From positions 1 through 27,965 of IMG/VR virus record IMGVR_UViG_3300046001_003713: DNA of 27,965 nt. One strand, 5' to 3'. Positions within the stretch are counted from its first letter, which is position 1. Each line of letters starts with the position of its first letter. Under the pieces are notes generated by a model. It saw nothing but the letters and a program-made list of their open reading frames with translations. It was not told the DNA's origin and made no database searches. This stretch comes from a virus. Taxonomy: Duplodnaviria; Caudoviricetes. Positions 9,501 through 17,052 of the stretch are shown one piece after another. The position numbers and the translations under genes were made by a program.

Positions 9501-12500
9501 ATTCAAAGATTACTTATGTTGATAGTAAGTATAATAACAATTATAAAGTCTTTGGTGTTGGAACAACGAGTTTTAATGTTTCATTAAAACAAATTCCAGA
9601 ATCATTATCATATAATACTACAAATACAGATACTTTAAAGTATTCAACCAATTCTTCGTCTGCTAGAGGAGGTGTAGAATCATTACAAATAACATTTGGT
9701 GGATATGGATATAAAAAACTACCAACTTTTGTAAGTATAGCATCGACTCAAGGATTGAATGCTAAAATTCTCCCAAATTCTAGAAACCTCAATAGAATCG
9801 ATGATGTTCGTATTATTGATCCTGGATTTGAATATTCTTCAGATAAAACTTTGAGACCAGAAGCATTTGTTTCTCCAGTTGTCTCATTGATTAATTCTGA
9901 TGAAATCACAAATATTGAAGTTTTATATGGTGGAAGAAACTACACATCAGCACCAGATTTGATAATAGTTAATCCAGAAACAGGTGATCAAATAGTAACT
10001 GGTCTTATTCAATCCAATTTAAGTGGAACTTCAATTTCTAATGTCAGTATTGTTCAGTCACCAAAAGGATTGAGTGCCATAGAGCAATCAATAGTTGCTA
10101 TTAATAACAGTAATGGAGTAACAATTAACACCATACAGTCTTCAACAAGTGGGATTGTAACTTGTGTGTTGGTAACACCGATTTCTGGATTCTCTACATC
10201 AGTCTTCAGTGTTGGTGAAAAAATCTTTGTTGAAGGGATTCAAAAATATGGTAATGATGGTGAAGGATTTAATTCTTCTGACTATGGATATGATTTCTTT
10301 ACAGTCTCAGCATATAGAAATACAAACCCAGCAGAAATTGAGTTTAACTTGTCTGGTATTACAACAAATGCTGGTATTGCCAAAACATCACAAAATTCAT
10401 ATGCGTCTATCGTAAAATACGATGATTATCCAAGATTTAGAGTAACACAAGCACCATCACTGTTCCAGGTAGGAGAAAATCTTCTCTCACTAACTGGTGG
10501 GCAATTTGTTAGTGTTGATTTAATTATTACTGAAAGTGGAAAGGATTATATTAAAGTTTATGGAGATTATCAGTTATCACTAAATGAAACTATAAAAGGA
10601 TCTGTAAGTGGATCTATTGCCACAATTAATGATGTAATTGATAACTTTGGAAGATTTGATGTTGATTACTCTTTACGTCAAGATTATGGTTGGTCAGACA
10701 ACATAGGAAAACTTGATGAAGATTACCAGGTGTTGGCAGACAACGATTACTATCAATCTCTGTCTTATACAGTAAAAAGTCCTATTGAGTTTGAAGAACT
10801 TGTAAATCCAGTAAATCGTCTCTTACATACAAGTGGACTTAAGAATTTTGCTGACACTGAAGTAAAATCAACATCAACAGTTTCAATTGGATCCTCAACA
10901 ATTGATACAATCAGCATTTTTGATATTTTAGAAGAGAAGAGAGTGGATACTATCAACAATTACGACTTAACCATTGATGTTGATGTTGTTGATAACAAGT
11001 CAAAATTCTTAAAACTTAAGAGTAAAAAACTAGCCGATTATATTGAGTGTAGATCAAACCGCGTTTTAAAAATTGACGACATAAGTTCTCAATTCTCCAA
11101 TTCATTATCATCATTGGATCAATATGTTGACTTGTTTATTGATGAGGATTATTCAAGATTCTTAACTCAGATAAGAAATCCAAATAATAATGATACTCAA
11201 ATTGTTGAATTAGTAGTTCTTAAAGACTCTGATAATATCTTCACATTTGAAAAATCTAACGTATACAATACATCTCAAGAGTTAGTAGAAATAACAGGAA
11301 ATACAGATGAGTTTGGTAATTCTTCTCTAAGATTTACACCTTTAGATCCATTTGATAGTGATTATGACATCAAAGTATTTAAAAATACCTTTAATACAGA
11401 TCTAACGGGAATTTCAACCCAAAGCATAGGTTTTGTTGATCTAACAGGTGTTAATAGAATTGTAAGTGCTGGACAAACTTCTGAAATTATTTCAGATAAT
11501 ATTTCAAATGTTAATTCTTATTTTGCTTCTGTTGAGGTAACAAATAATTCAACAAGTGAAAAGAACTTTGTAGAACTTTATGTTACCCACGATGGAACTA
11601 ATTCATATTTCTCAGAATATTATGTTGACACTGGATCAGATCCTGTATTTTCATCAAATTTCATAGGTACATTTACATCATCTATTAATTCTGGAATTCT
11701 GTATCTGAATTATGAAAATAATACTTCAAATGAAGTTCTAATAAGATCAAAGGTTGTTGGATTTGGCACAACTGCTGCTGGAATTGGAACCTATAGGTTT
11801 AAAGAAACCGGTCAAATTGATGGGACTGAAAGATCCATAAAATTAGAATCAAATTATGTGAATGTTTCTTCTGCTTCAACTATTGTAGGATTTAGCACTT
11901 CGGAAATAACAGGTGTTAAAAATATTGTAAGAGTATCTTACGGATCTACTAGTGCTATACATCAAATTTTAATGGTACATAATGATGAAAATACGTACAG
12001 CACCCAATATCCATTCATATCAATTGGAAGCACTTCTGGAATAGGAACATTCTCGACAGAATACAATGGATCCAACTTTAATTTAATCTTCCATCCTGAT
12101 GTATCTATTGTTGGAAGTTTACAGATTCAAAGTTTTAGTGAAGTGATATACACTCAAAGTGATTTGGATAATGCTGCTCCAGATTTACTATATGGTCCTG
12201 TTACGGAATCACTATCTTTAATCCAATACAATGCTATTAACGGTACAAGATCTAATAAAAAAGATTTTATTCTCAATTATGAGGGAGTACCAATCTTTGA
12301 GAAGAAATTTAATCCAGCAAATACATCCGTCCTTGAACCTTCTACTGGGATATTTACAATTCAGGATCACTTCTTCAATACTGGGGAGAGATTAATTTAT
12401 ACTCCAAGTTCAACTTTTGTTGGAGTGGCAGCTTCTGCCGTTGGGATAGGGTCAACGCTTAACTCTGTTGGTCTTGTTACCAGTATTTTACCATCGGAAG

Positions 12501-15472
12501 TTTATGCTATAAAAATTAATAAAGATAAGTTCAGACTTTCTACAAGAAAAGATTATGCTTCCAGTGGAATATACGTTACATTTACATCATCTGGATCTGG
12601 TAATAATCATAAGTTGGAGATGTACAAAAAACTTGAGAAATCTCTAATTGATATTGATGGCATCATTCAATCACCTCTGTCGTTTACTCCAATAAACACC
12701 ACATTAAACAATAATGGTGGACAGATCACAAATTCTTCAACAGTATTTGGAGTAACGGGAATTACATCTATAGTTCCAAATAATATTCTAAAAATTGACA
12801 ATGAATACATGAAAATTGTATCTGTTGGATTTGGTACAACTTCTGTTGGACCAATAACAGGCACTGGGGGTGTTCCTTTGTTAGAAGTAGCAAGGGGGTT
12901 TGTTGGATCATCTTCAACGTCACATACCGATGGATCTCCTGTAAGAATTTACTCAGGATCCTTTAATATTGTTGGAAACAAAATTTACTTCACTGATGCG
13001 CCTAAGGGTAAGAATACCATATTAAAAGACTCTTCAAATCTAGAATATACTAGATCAAGTTTTGATGGAAGAGTTTACTTAAGAAATGATTATACAAATA
13101 ATAGAATTTTTGACGATATTTCTGATAGATTTACTGGAATTGGACAAACATATACTGTTACTGTTCAAGGAATTAATACTACTGGAATTCAAACAGGAAG
13201 TGGTATTCTATTACTCAACGGCATATTCCAAAAACCATCCACAATAAACAATACTGGAAATAATTATTCATATATTGAAAATGTTGGTGTTTCTAGCATT
13301 GTATTCACAGGAATAACTTCTTCCAATGGATCTATAATTAAGAGTACCTCTGATATAAATCAAAATCAACTTCCTCGTGGCGGCGTCATCGTATCTCTTG
13401 GGTCAAGCGGTGGACTTGGTATTGCTCCTCTTGTTGGTGCTTCCGTTACCGCAATTGTTGGAACCGCAGGAACCATAGTTTCCGTGGGTCTGGGAACCGC
13501 TGACATTAGTGGTTCTGGATACCGTGGTACAATTTCCATAGGAATCACTGAGTCGGGTCATACTGGCACAGCAGCGTCTATTACTGCTGTTGTTGGTTTG
13601 GGTGGCACTTTAGCATTTACAGTTGTAAATCCAGGATCTGGATATACAAATCCAACCATTCAAGTACCTCAACCATCCTATCAAAATCTTGAAGTTATGG
13701 GTGTATCCAGACTTGGTGTTGGAGCAACTACAGAAACAGGAACAGGATTGTTGGTGTCTATTGATGTAGGAGCAAGTTCAACCACAGGAATTGGATCTAC
13801 TTTATTTGAGGTTACTTCATTTAAGATTACAAGACCTGGATATGGATTCAAAATTGGTGATGTATTCAAACCTGTAGGACTGGTAACCGCTAAAAACCTA
13901 GCATCACCATTAACTAACTTTGAATTGACTGTTCTGGACGTATTTACAGATAAAATGTCTTCTTGGGAATTTGGCGATTTTGATTTTATTGATCCAATTG
14001 ATGATCTTCAAGATGGGTCTAGAACCAGATTCCCATTAAGATATAATGGACAATTGTTGAGTTTTGAAATTGATTCAAATGATCCAGAGTCTTCTTTAAT
14101 TGATCTAAATTCATTACTATTAGTTTTTGTAAATGGAGTTCTTCAAACCCCCGATGATTCTTATGCTTTTGACGGAGGCACGTCATTCACCTTTATCGTT
14201 CCTCCAGAACCAGAAGATAATATTTCTATTTTCTTCTATAAAGGAACTACAGGAACTGATAGCGTCACAGTATCCGTAAATGAAACAGTTAAAGTCGGTG
14301 ATTTAGTTCAGGTATTTAAAAATAATAACTATCCAGGAACTATAGATCAAAACCTCAGAACAATATATAACATCGCAACATCGGACAAGATAGAAACTAA
14401 TCTCTATGTTGAACAGGGAATTGATGAAACCAACTTTAAACCATTTAGTTGGACTAAGCAAAAGGTTGATAAGTTTATAAATGGAGAAAATGTCTATAAG
14501 ACCAGAGACTCCATAGAATCTTTAGTATATCCAACTTCAAAGATTATTAAAAACTTCTCAACCACAGATACAGAACTATTTGTTGATGACGCACAATTCT
14601 TTAATTACGAAGAGAACACTTCATCACTAGTAATTACCAGTTTCGGTGGTTTAATTGTAACTGGTTCGTCTCCAGTTGCCGCAGGAATCACTGCTGTAGT
14701 ATCTGCTGGTGGAACAATACAATCTTTAAGCATTGTTAGTGGTGGTAGTGGTTATGTTGGGTCTTCTGTAACGGTTTCAATATCTGCTCCACCATCAATT
14801 GGCGTTGGTGTTGGTACAACTGCCAGAGCGACAGCAACAATAACTAATGGACAAATAACCTCAACTACTATTACAAATCCAGGATTTGGTTATAATCAAA
14901 GTGCTCCTCCACAAGTATTGACCCCATTACCTTCGTTTACAAAAGAGGATATTAATAATATCACCACTGTACAAGGTTTCTCTGGAATTATTACTGGAAT
15001 TACAACTACTTCCGGAACTTCTGGAAATCCATTGGCACTTAAATTCTTCCTAAATGCTTCATCCTTTGTTGGATTACAAACTGGATATCCAATTTACATA
15101 TTCAACACTTCTGTTGGATCTGGAGTGACTTCAATTGACTCAAATAATTCTTCTGTTGTTGGTGTAGGGACAACGTTCTTGGATAACGTTTATTATATAC
15201 ATTCGATAACTTCCAGTGGATCAAATTCTGAAATTGTTACCAACGTTCATTCCAGTTCTAATATTGTTGGTATTAACACTACAGGAAGCACTACAAGTCC
15301 TATTGGTAAGTTCTCTTGGGGTAGATTGTCTGGATTTAGTAGGTCTACATCTCCAATTTCTATTGGCGTAACTGGGTTTACAATTGATTCTGGATTGTCA
15401 ACATTCCCATCAATTCAAAGAAGGGATTATGGATTGAGAGATAGTGGGGCATTGAGAAAGGATCTTGGGTAG
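3599..15472 (+). CDS. gp7: Giant baseplate wedge initiator (gp7-like) with many inserted repeat domains, 3957 aa
   Basis: Lies between gp6 and gp8. N-terminal QLPEFI...FLKQYY, FY.AKGTEESFRILF.ILYG (~4195-4255), and DNDYYQ.LSY.VKS...LH.SG (~10740-10840) match what I recall of cyanophage gp7. One uninterrupted ORF with SD-like GAGGA upstream. Confidence 0.82.
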   Translation: MIATGFESRVQIQQIVENQLPEFILSESPKASEFLKQYYISQEFSGGPVDIVDNLDQYLKLDNLTPEVITGATSLSSNITSTDSVVVVNSTKGFPNQYGLFKIDDEIITYTGITTNSFTGCIRGFSGITTYHADNSPGELVFSTSSSAAHTSGAVVSNLSSLFLKEFYTKVKYTLTPGLENVDFVSNLDVSNFIKESKVFYQAKGTEESFRILFNILYGVTPKVIDLEQYLLKPSSAQFIRREIVIAERISGDPNKLVGQTIRKSTDVNTQASVSEVEIITRKGRTYYKLGLFVGFDEKDLIEGSFTIPGKTKVIGNVSTGSSVITVDSTIGFSTSGTFICGNDTITYTNKTVNQFLNCTGIDSTISSTTDLRSDEVIYGYENGDLAKKVELRITGVLSKFVPISDIKLTSEGERIFVKNLGENIINPEVDKTTKQIFSNSWIYNTSSRYQIDSISGSSFTLLSSIDKSSLKESDSVDVLVRGTQNVVVSNATVRNINQNTKEILLDNLAGFSPVVGLSYDIRRNLNKAYSSGAELQFGNNVITSDVQNVYNDLDEYFYVAANSLPSYEITKNISKATLTEATGDKIQGYNASTLKYSILSFDSDVPFITGDAVYYSPEITAITGLSGGIYYVKVLTNKNQIRLYSSRSFIPIDDYVEFEPLSSGTGSHTFTLYASFGKKIGPQKLLKKFPLGANIESGYGIETVPGPIGILINGVEIINYKSDDKIYYGPIENVEILNTGSNYDVINPPTIQISTPGSGTTCFVQPVVSGIVTAVYVDPQDFDIEKIISVTVTGGNGSGAVLEPILSKRYRELPFDARLNTESGGIDVTNETITFINNHNLSNGQPIVYNRNGNNPVSIGTFAGLNTDQNKTLQSGSLYYPQIVNPTTIKLYQTFSDYYVGINTVGFTTASNIGIHKFRIYDTKNTLQSVKVINPGGGYENRKLIVKSTGISTITSTVNFVNHNFNSGEKVVYSTTGTPIAGLTTTNQYYVIKLDNDSFRLSDAGIGGTITSNYTRKNYIKFESIGSGYHNFEYPQIQVNINVEYSGTTGVITATPVIRGSIVDAYVYESGSGYGSEILNLQKKPTLTIKNGKNGQLKPIIVDGRIVSVEIQSRGSEYYAAPDLEVNGDGIGAKLRAKVQNGYISEVVILNSGVNYTQDKTTVSITAPGSGAILEPKIRGISINNFERYGSEILRDSGDQLEYSVVGYSTNIGKTYFGDGGLDHSPIIGWAYDGNPIYGPYGYSDPSDENSGIRLLQTGYSSSSSNIEDRPSGFGVGFFVDDYKFTGSGDLDENNGRFCRTPEYPEGTYAYFVGISTNTSTGKLEPKYPYFIGNTYRSNPIQENFLIDQNTFDFNSSNLIRNTFPYKVSDTYADNDFIIESNEYVDQTAIVDSVTKGSVDSFQIVEAGSDYKIGDSATFDNTGTSGGGLSAYVKTLTGKEVTSLQTTIEQYNNVVFIWDNPNQISAYISTSHALNDGDNVVVSGLSTSIRSLTSSHVSGVSTVRTVVYKEISANSTAGVVTDIYVSSIPNSISIGSSIGIGTERLFVLNRFTDKNILRVKRGVSGSAHTASSFVDLIPSFLTLPVQSDYFDSKVDDKYYFNPKESVGVGTIVGIGTSVNYTKGELLEVVSVPTQSIYLPNHQFKTNQEVVFTKPSSGLGLTVSNSSGGSTFNLPSSGNSQTVYIINKSNDYIGIVTQVGLTTNTNGLFFVNNGSNQFDYLLESNFSQVTGSVQKITTQVSVSTSHNLSNGDNITLTVESNQSVGIGTSGSVVVKYNSSRNKILIDPVGFSSSSIDLSENKITIPSHRLKTGDKVFYDSNLVSSGLSTGEYFVYRIDDNNIKLSETYYDAATYPPNIVSLGSTGGSNHQISPINPEIFVINNNDLVFDLTDSSLLGYKFKLFYDAEFKNEFVSTGSTDVFVVSGVGTVGLTTNASLTLGYSVDNPTNLFYTLEKSGYISTSDTDVFNHSKITYVDSKYNNNYKVFGVGTTSFNVSLKQIPESLSYNTTNTDTLKYSTNSSSARGGVESLQITFGGYGYKKLPTFVSIASTQGLNAKILPNSRNLNRIDDVRIIDPGFEYSSDKTLRPEAFVSPVVSLINSDEITNIEVLYGGRNYTSAPDLIIVNPETGDQIVTGLIQSNLSGTSISNVSIVQSPKGLSAIEQSIVAINNSNGVTINTIQSSTSGIVTCVLVTPISGFSTSVFSVGEKIFVEGIQKYGNDGEGFNSSDYGYDFFTVSAYRNTNPAEIEFNLSGITTNAGIAKTSQNSYASIVKYDDYPRFRVTQAPSLFQVGENLLSLTGGQFVSVDLIITESGKDYIKVYGDYQLSLNETIKGSVSGSIATINDVIDNFGRFDVDYSLRQDYGWSDNIGKLDEDYQVLADNDYYQSLSYTVKSPIEFEELVNPVNRLLHTSGLKNFADTEVKSTSTVSIGSSTIDTISIFDILEEKRVDTINNYDLTIDVDVVDNKSKFLKLKSKKLADYIECRSNRVLKIDDISSQFSNSLSSLDQYVDLFIDEDYSRFLTQIRNPNNNDTQIVELVVLKDSDNIFTFEKSNVYNTSQELVEITGNTDEFGNSSLRFTPLDPFDSDYDIKVFKNTFNTDLTGISTQSIGFVDLTGVNRIVSAGQTSEIISDNISNVNSYFASVEVTNNSTSEKNFVELYVTHDGTNSYFSEYYVDTGSDPVFSSNFIGTFTSSINSGILYLNYENNTSNEVLIRSKVVGFGTTAAGIGTYRFKETGQIDGTERSIKLESNYVNVSSASTIVGFSTSEITGVKNIVRVSYGSTSAIHQILMVHNDENTYSTQYPFISIGSTSGIGTFSTEYNGSNFNLIFHPDVSIVGSLQIQSFSEVIYTQSDLDNAAPDLLYGPVTESLSLIQYNAINGTRSNKKDFILNYEGVPIFEKKFNPANTSVLEPSTGIFTIQDHFFNTGERLIYTPSSTFVGVAASAVGIGSTLNSVGLVTSILPSEVYAIKINKDKFRLSTRKDYASSGIYVTFTSSGSGNNHKLEMYKKLEKSLIDIDGIIQSPLSFTPINTTLNNNGGQITNSSTVFGVTGITSIVPNNILKIDNEYMKIVSVGFGTTSVGPITGTGGVPLLEVARGFVGSSSTSHTDGSPVRIYSGSFNIVGNKIYFTDAPKGKNTILKDSSNLEYTRSSFDGRVYLRNDYTNNRIFDDISDRFTGIGQTYTVTVQGINTTGIQTGSGILLLNGIFQKPSTINNTGNNYSYIENVGVSSIVFTGITSSNGSIIKSTSDINQNQLPRGGVIVSLGSSGGLGIAPLVGASVTAIVGTAGTIVSVGLGTADISGSGYRGTISIGITESGHTGTAASITAVVGLGGTLAFTVVNPGSGYTNPTIQVPQPSYQNLEVMGVSRLGVGATTETGTGLLVSIDVGASSTTGIGSTLFEVTSFKITRPGYGFKIGDVFKPVGLVTAKNLASPLTNFELTVLDVFTDKMSSWEFGDFDFIDPIDDLQDGSRTRFPLRYNGQLLSFEIDSNDPESSLIDLNSLLLVFVNGVLQTPDDSYAFDGGTSFTFIVPPEPEDNISIFFYKGTTGTDSVTVSVNETVKVGDLVQVFKNNNYPGTIDQNLRTIYNIATSDKIETNLYVEQGIDETNFKPFSWTKQKVDKFINGENVYKTRDSIESLVYPTSKIIKNFSTTDTELFVDDAQFFNYEENTSSLVITSFGGLIVTGSSPVAAGITAVVSAGGTIQSLSIVSGGSGYVGSSVTVSISAPPSIGVGVGTTARATATITNGQITSTTITNPGFGYNQSAPPQVLTPLPSFTKEDINNITTVQGFSGIITGITTTSGTSGNPLALKFFLNASSFVGLQTGYPIYIFNTSVGSGVTSIDSNNSSVVGVGTTFLDNVYYIHSITSSGSNSEIVTNVHSSSNIVGINTTGSTTSPIGKFSWGRLSGFSRSTSPISIGVTGFTIDSGLSTFPSIQRRDYGLRDSGALRKDLG

Positions 15473-15480
15473 TATAAATA
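15473..15480 (+). promoter_or_regulatory. T4-type late promoter TATAAATA
   Basis: Exact consensus directly after the gp7 stop and 18 nt before the gp8 ATG. Confidence 0.85.
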
Positions 15481-15498
15481 TAGGAAAAAGCTAATAAT

Positions 15499-17049
15499 AT
15501 GGCTGCTATTGTAACAGATCAGTTTAGAATTCTTAATGCTAATAACTTCGTAGAGAATATAGAAAGTTCTTCAAATTCTTACTATGTGTTTTTGGGACTA
15601 TCAAATCCGACCCAAGTTGGATTTGGAAGAACTTCTGACTGGAACACAAATACGCCGAATCCAGTAGATAATTTTAATAATATTAATCATGTTTCTGACA
15701 CTATGATTTTTGGCAAAAAAGTCACTAGTGTTAATGTAAGAAGATTAGTTAGAAGAATTGATTGGACTCAAGGAACAAGATATGAAATGTATCGTCATGA
15801 TTACAGTGTTACATCACCATCACCAGTAACACAGTCATCTAGATTATATGATGCAAATTACTATGTTATGAATAGTAATTATAACGTTTACATTTGTATT
15901 GATAATGGGTCATCGGGAATCAGTACTACAGGAAACGCATCGCAGGATGAACCACTATTTACCGATTTAGAACCATCAAGAGCAGGTGAAAGTGGAGATG
16001 GATACATTTGGAAATACTTATTTACGGTTTCTCCTAGCGATATTATAAAATTTGATTCAACCGAGTATATTTCTGTTCCCAATAATTGGTCAACGTCTAC
16101 CGATTCCCAAATACAGGCGGTTAGAGAAAACGGAGACTCTACAGTCAATAATAATCAAATTAAAAAAGTTTATATACAAGATCAAGGATCTGGGTATTCT
16201 GGTGGATTGGGGCAAGAAGTTAATATTTTAGGTGATGGTAGTGGAGGAAAGGTTGTTATTGATGTTGTAAGTGGAAAAATAACTAGTGCTTCTGTTTCTT
16301 CTGGTGGAAAGAACTATACGTATGGAATGGTTGATCTTGGATCAATAAACGCAAATGCTACAGGCAACTTTGCTAAATTGATTCCAATTATTCCATCATC
16401 AAAGGGTCATGGATATGACTTATATAAAGAATTAGGAACCGATAAAGTTTTAATTTATGCTAGGTTTGATGATTCTACTAAAGATTTTCCTACAGATGCT
16501 AAATTTGCCCAAATTGGAATCTTAAAAAATCCAACTTCAATTGGATCAACATCTGTGTTTAGTGAAAGTCAATTTTCATCTCTATATTCAATAAAATTTT
16601 CTTCTGTTTCCGGAACAATTAGTGTTGGTGATAAAATAAGTCAGGCAGTGACTGGTGGATCAGCTCACGGTTATGTAGCATCATATGACTCTGAAACTAG
16701 GGTTCTTAAGTACTATAGAGATAGATCTTTATACTTTAATCAAACCACGTTGGACCAAACAGATTATGTCGGTGTTTCTACTAGTTCAAAAGTATTAAGT
16801 TTCCAATCTTCAGCAAATCCTGTCACTACATCTGGTGGATTTTCTGGATCCATTGACACTGGATTTACTGGTATCACAACAAACCCAACGGGGAATAAAA
16901 TTATTAGTCTAGGAAGTCAGTTCACAAATGGACTATCAAATCCAGAGATAAATAAAGGATCAGGTGAAATTATTTACCTAGATAATAGACCACTGATTAC
17001 GAGAAATTCTAGACAAAAAGAAGACGTTAAAATTATCCTGGAATTCTAA
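15499..17049 (+). CDS. gp8: Baseplate wedge subunit gp8
   Basis: MAAIVTDQFRI.NA.NF, RRIDW..G..Y.MYRHDY, YYVMNS.YNVYICIDN, DGYIWKYLF, and C-terminal SGEIIYLDNR..I.R...QKED.KIILEF. Confidence 0.92.
   Translation: MAAIVTDQFRILNANNFVENIESSSNSYYVFLGLSNPTQVGFGRTSDWNTNTPNPVDNFNNINHVSDTMIFGKKVTSVNVRRLVRRIDWTQGTRYEMYRHDYSVTSPSPVTQSSRLYDANYYVMNSNYNVYICIDNGSSGISTTGNASQDEPLFTDLEPSRAGESGDGYIWKYLFTVSPSDIIKFDSTEYISVPNNWSTSTDSQIQAVRENGDSTVNNNQIKKVYIQDQGSGYSGGLGQEVNILGDGSGGKVVIDVVSGKITSASVSSGGKNYTYGMVDLGSINANATGNFAKLIPIIPSSKGHGYDLYKELGTDKVLIYARFDDSTKDFPTDAKFAQIGILKNPTSIGSTSVFSESQFSSLYSIKFSSVSGTISVGDKISQAVTGGSAHGYVASYDSETRVLKYYRDRSLYFNQTTLDQTDYVGVSTSSKVLSFQSSANPVTTSGGFSGSIDTGFTGITTNPTGNKIISLGSQFTNGLSNPEINKGSGEIIYLDNRPLITRNSRQKEDVKIILEF
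16947..16954 (+). promoter_or_regulatory. Possible internal late promoter variant (GATAAATA) ahead of the VrlC-like gene
   Basis: NATAAATA variant about 100 nt upstream of ATG 17053. It lies within gp8 codons (EINK), so it may be coincidental. Confidence 0.3.
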
Positions 17050-17052
17050 AAA

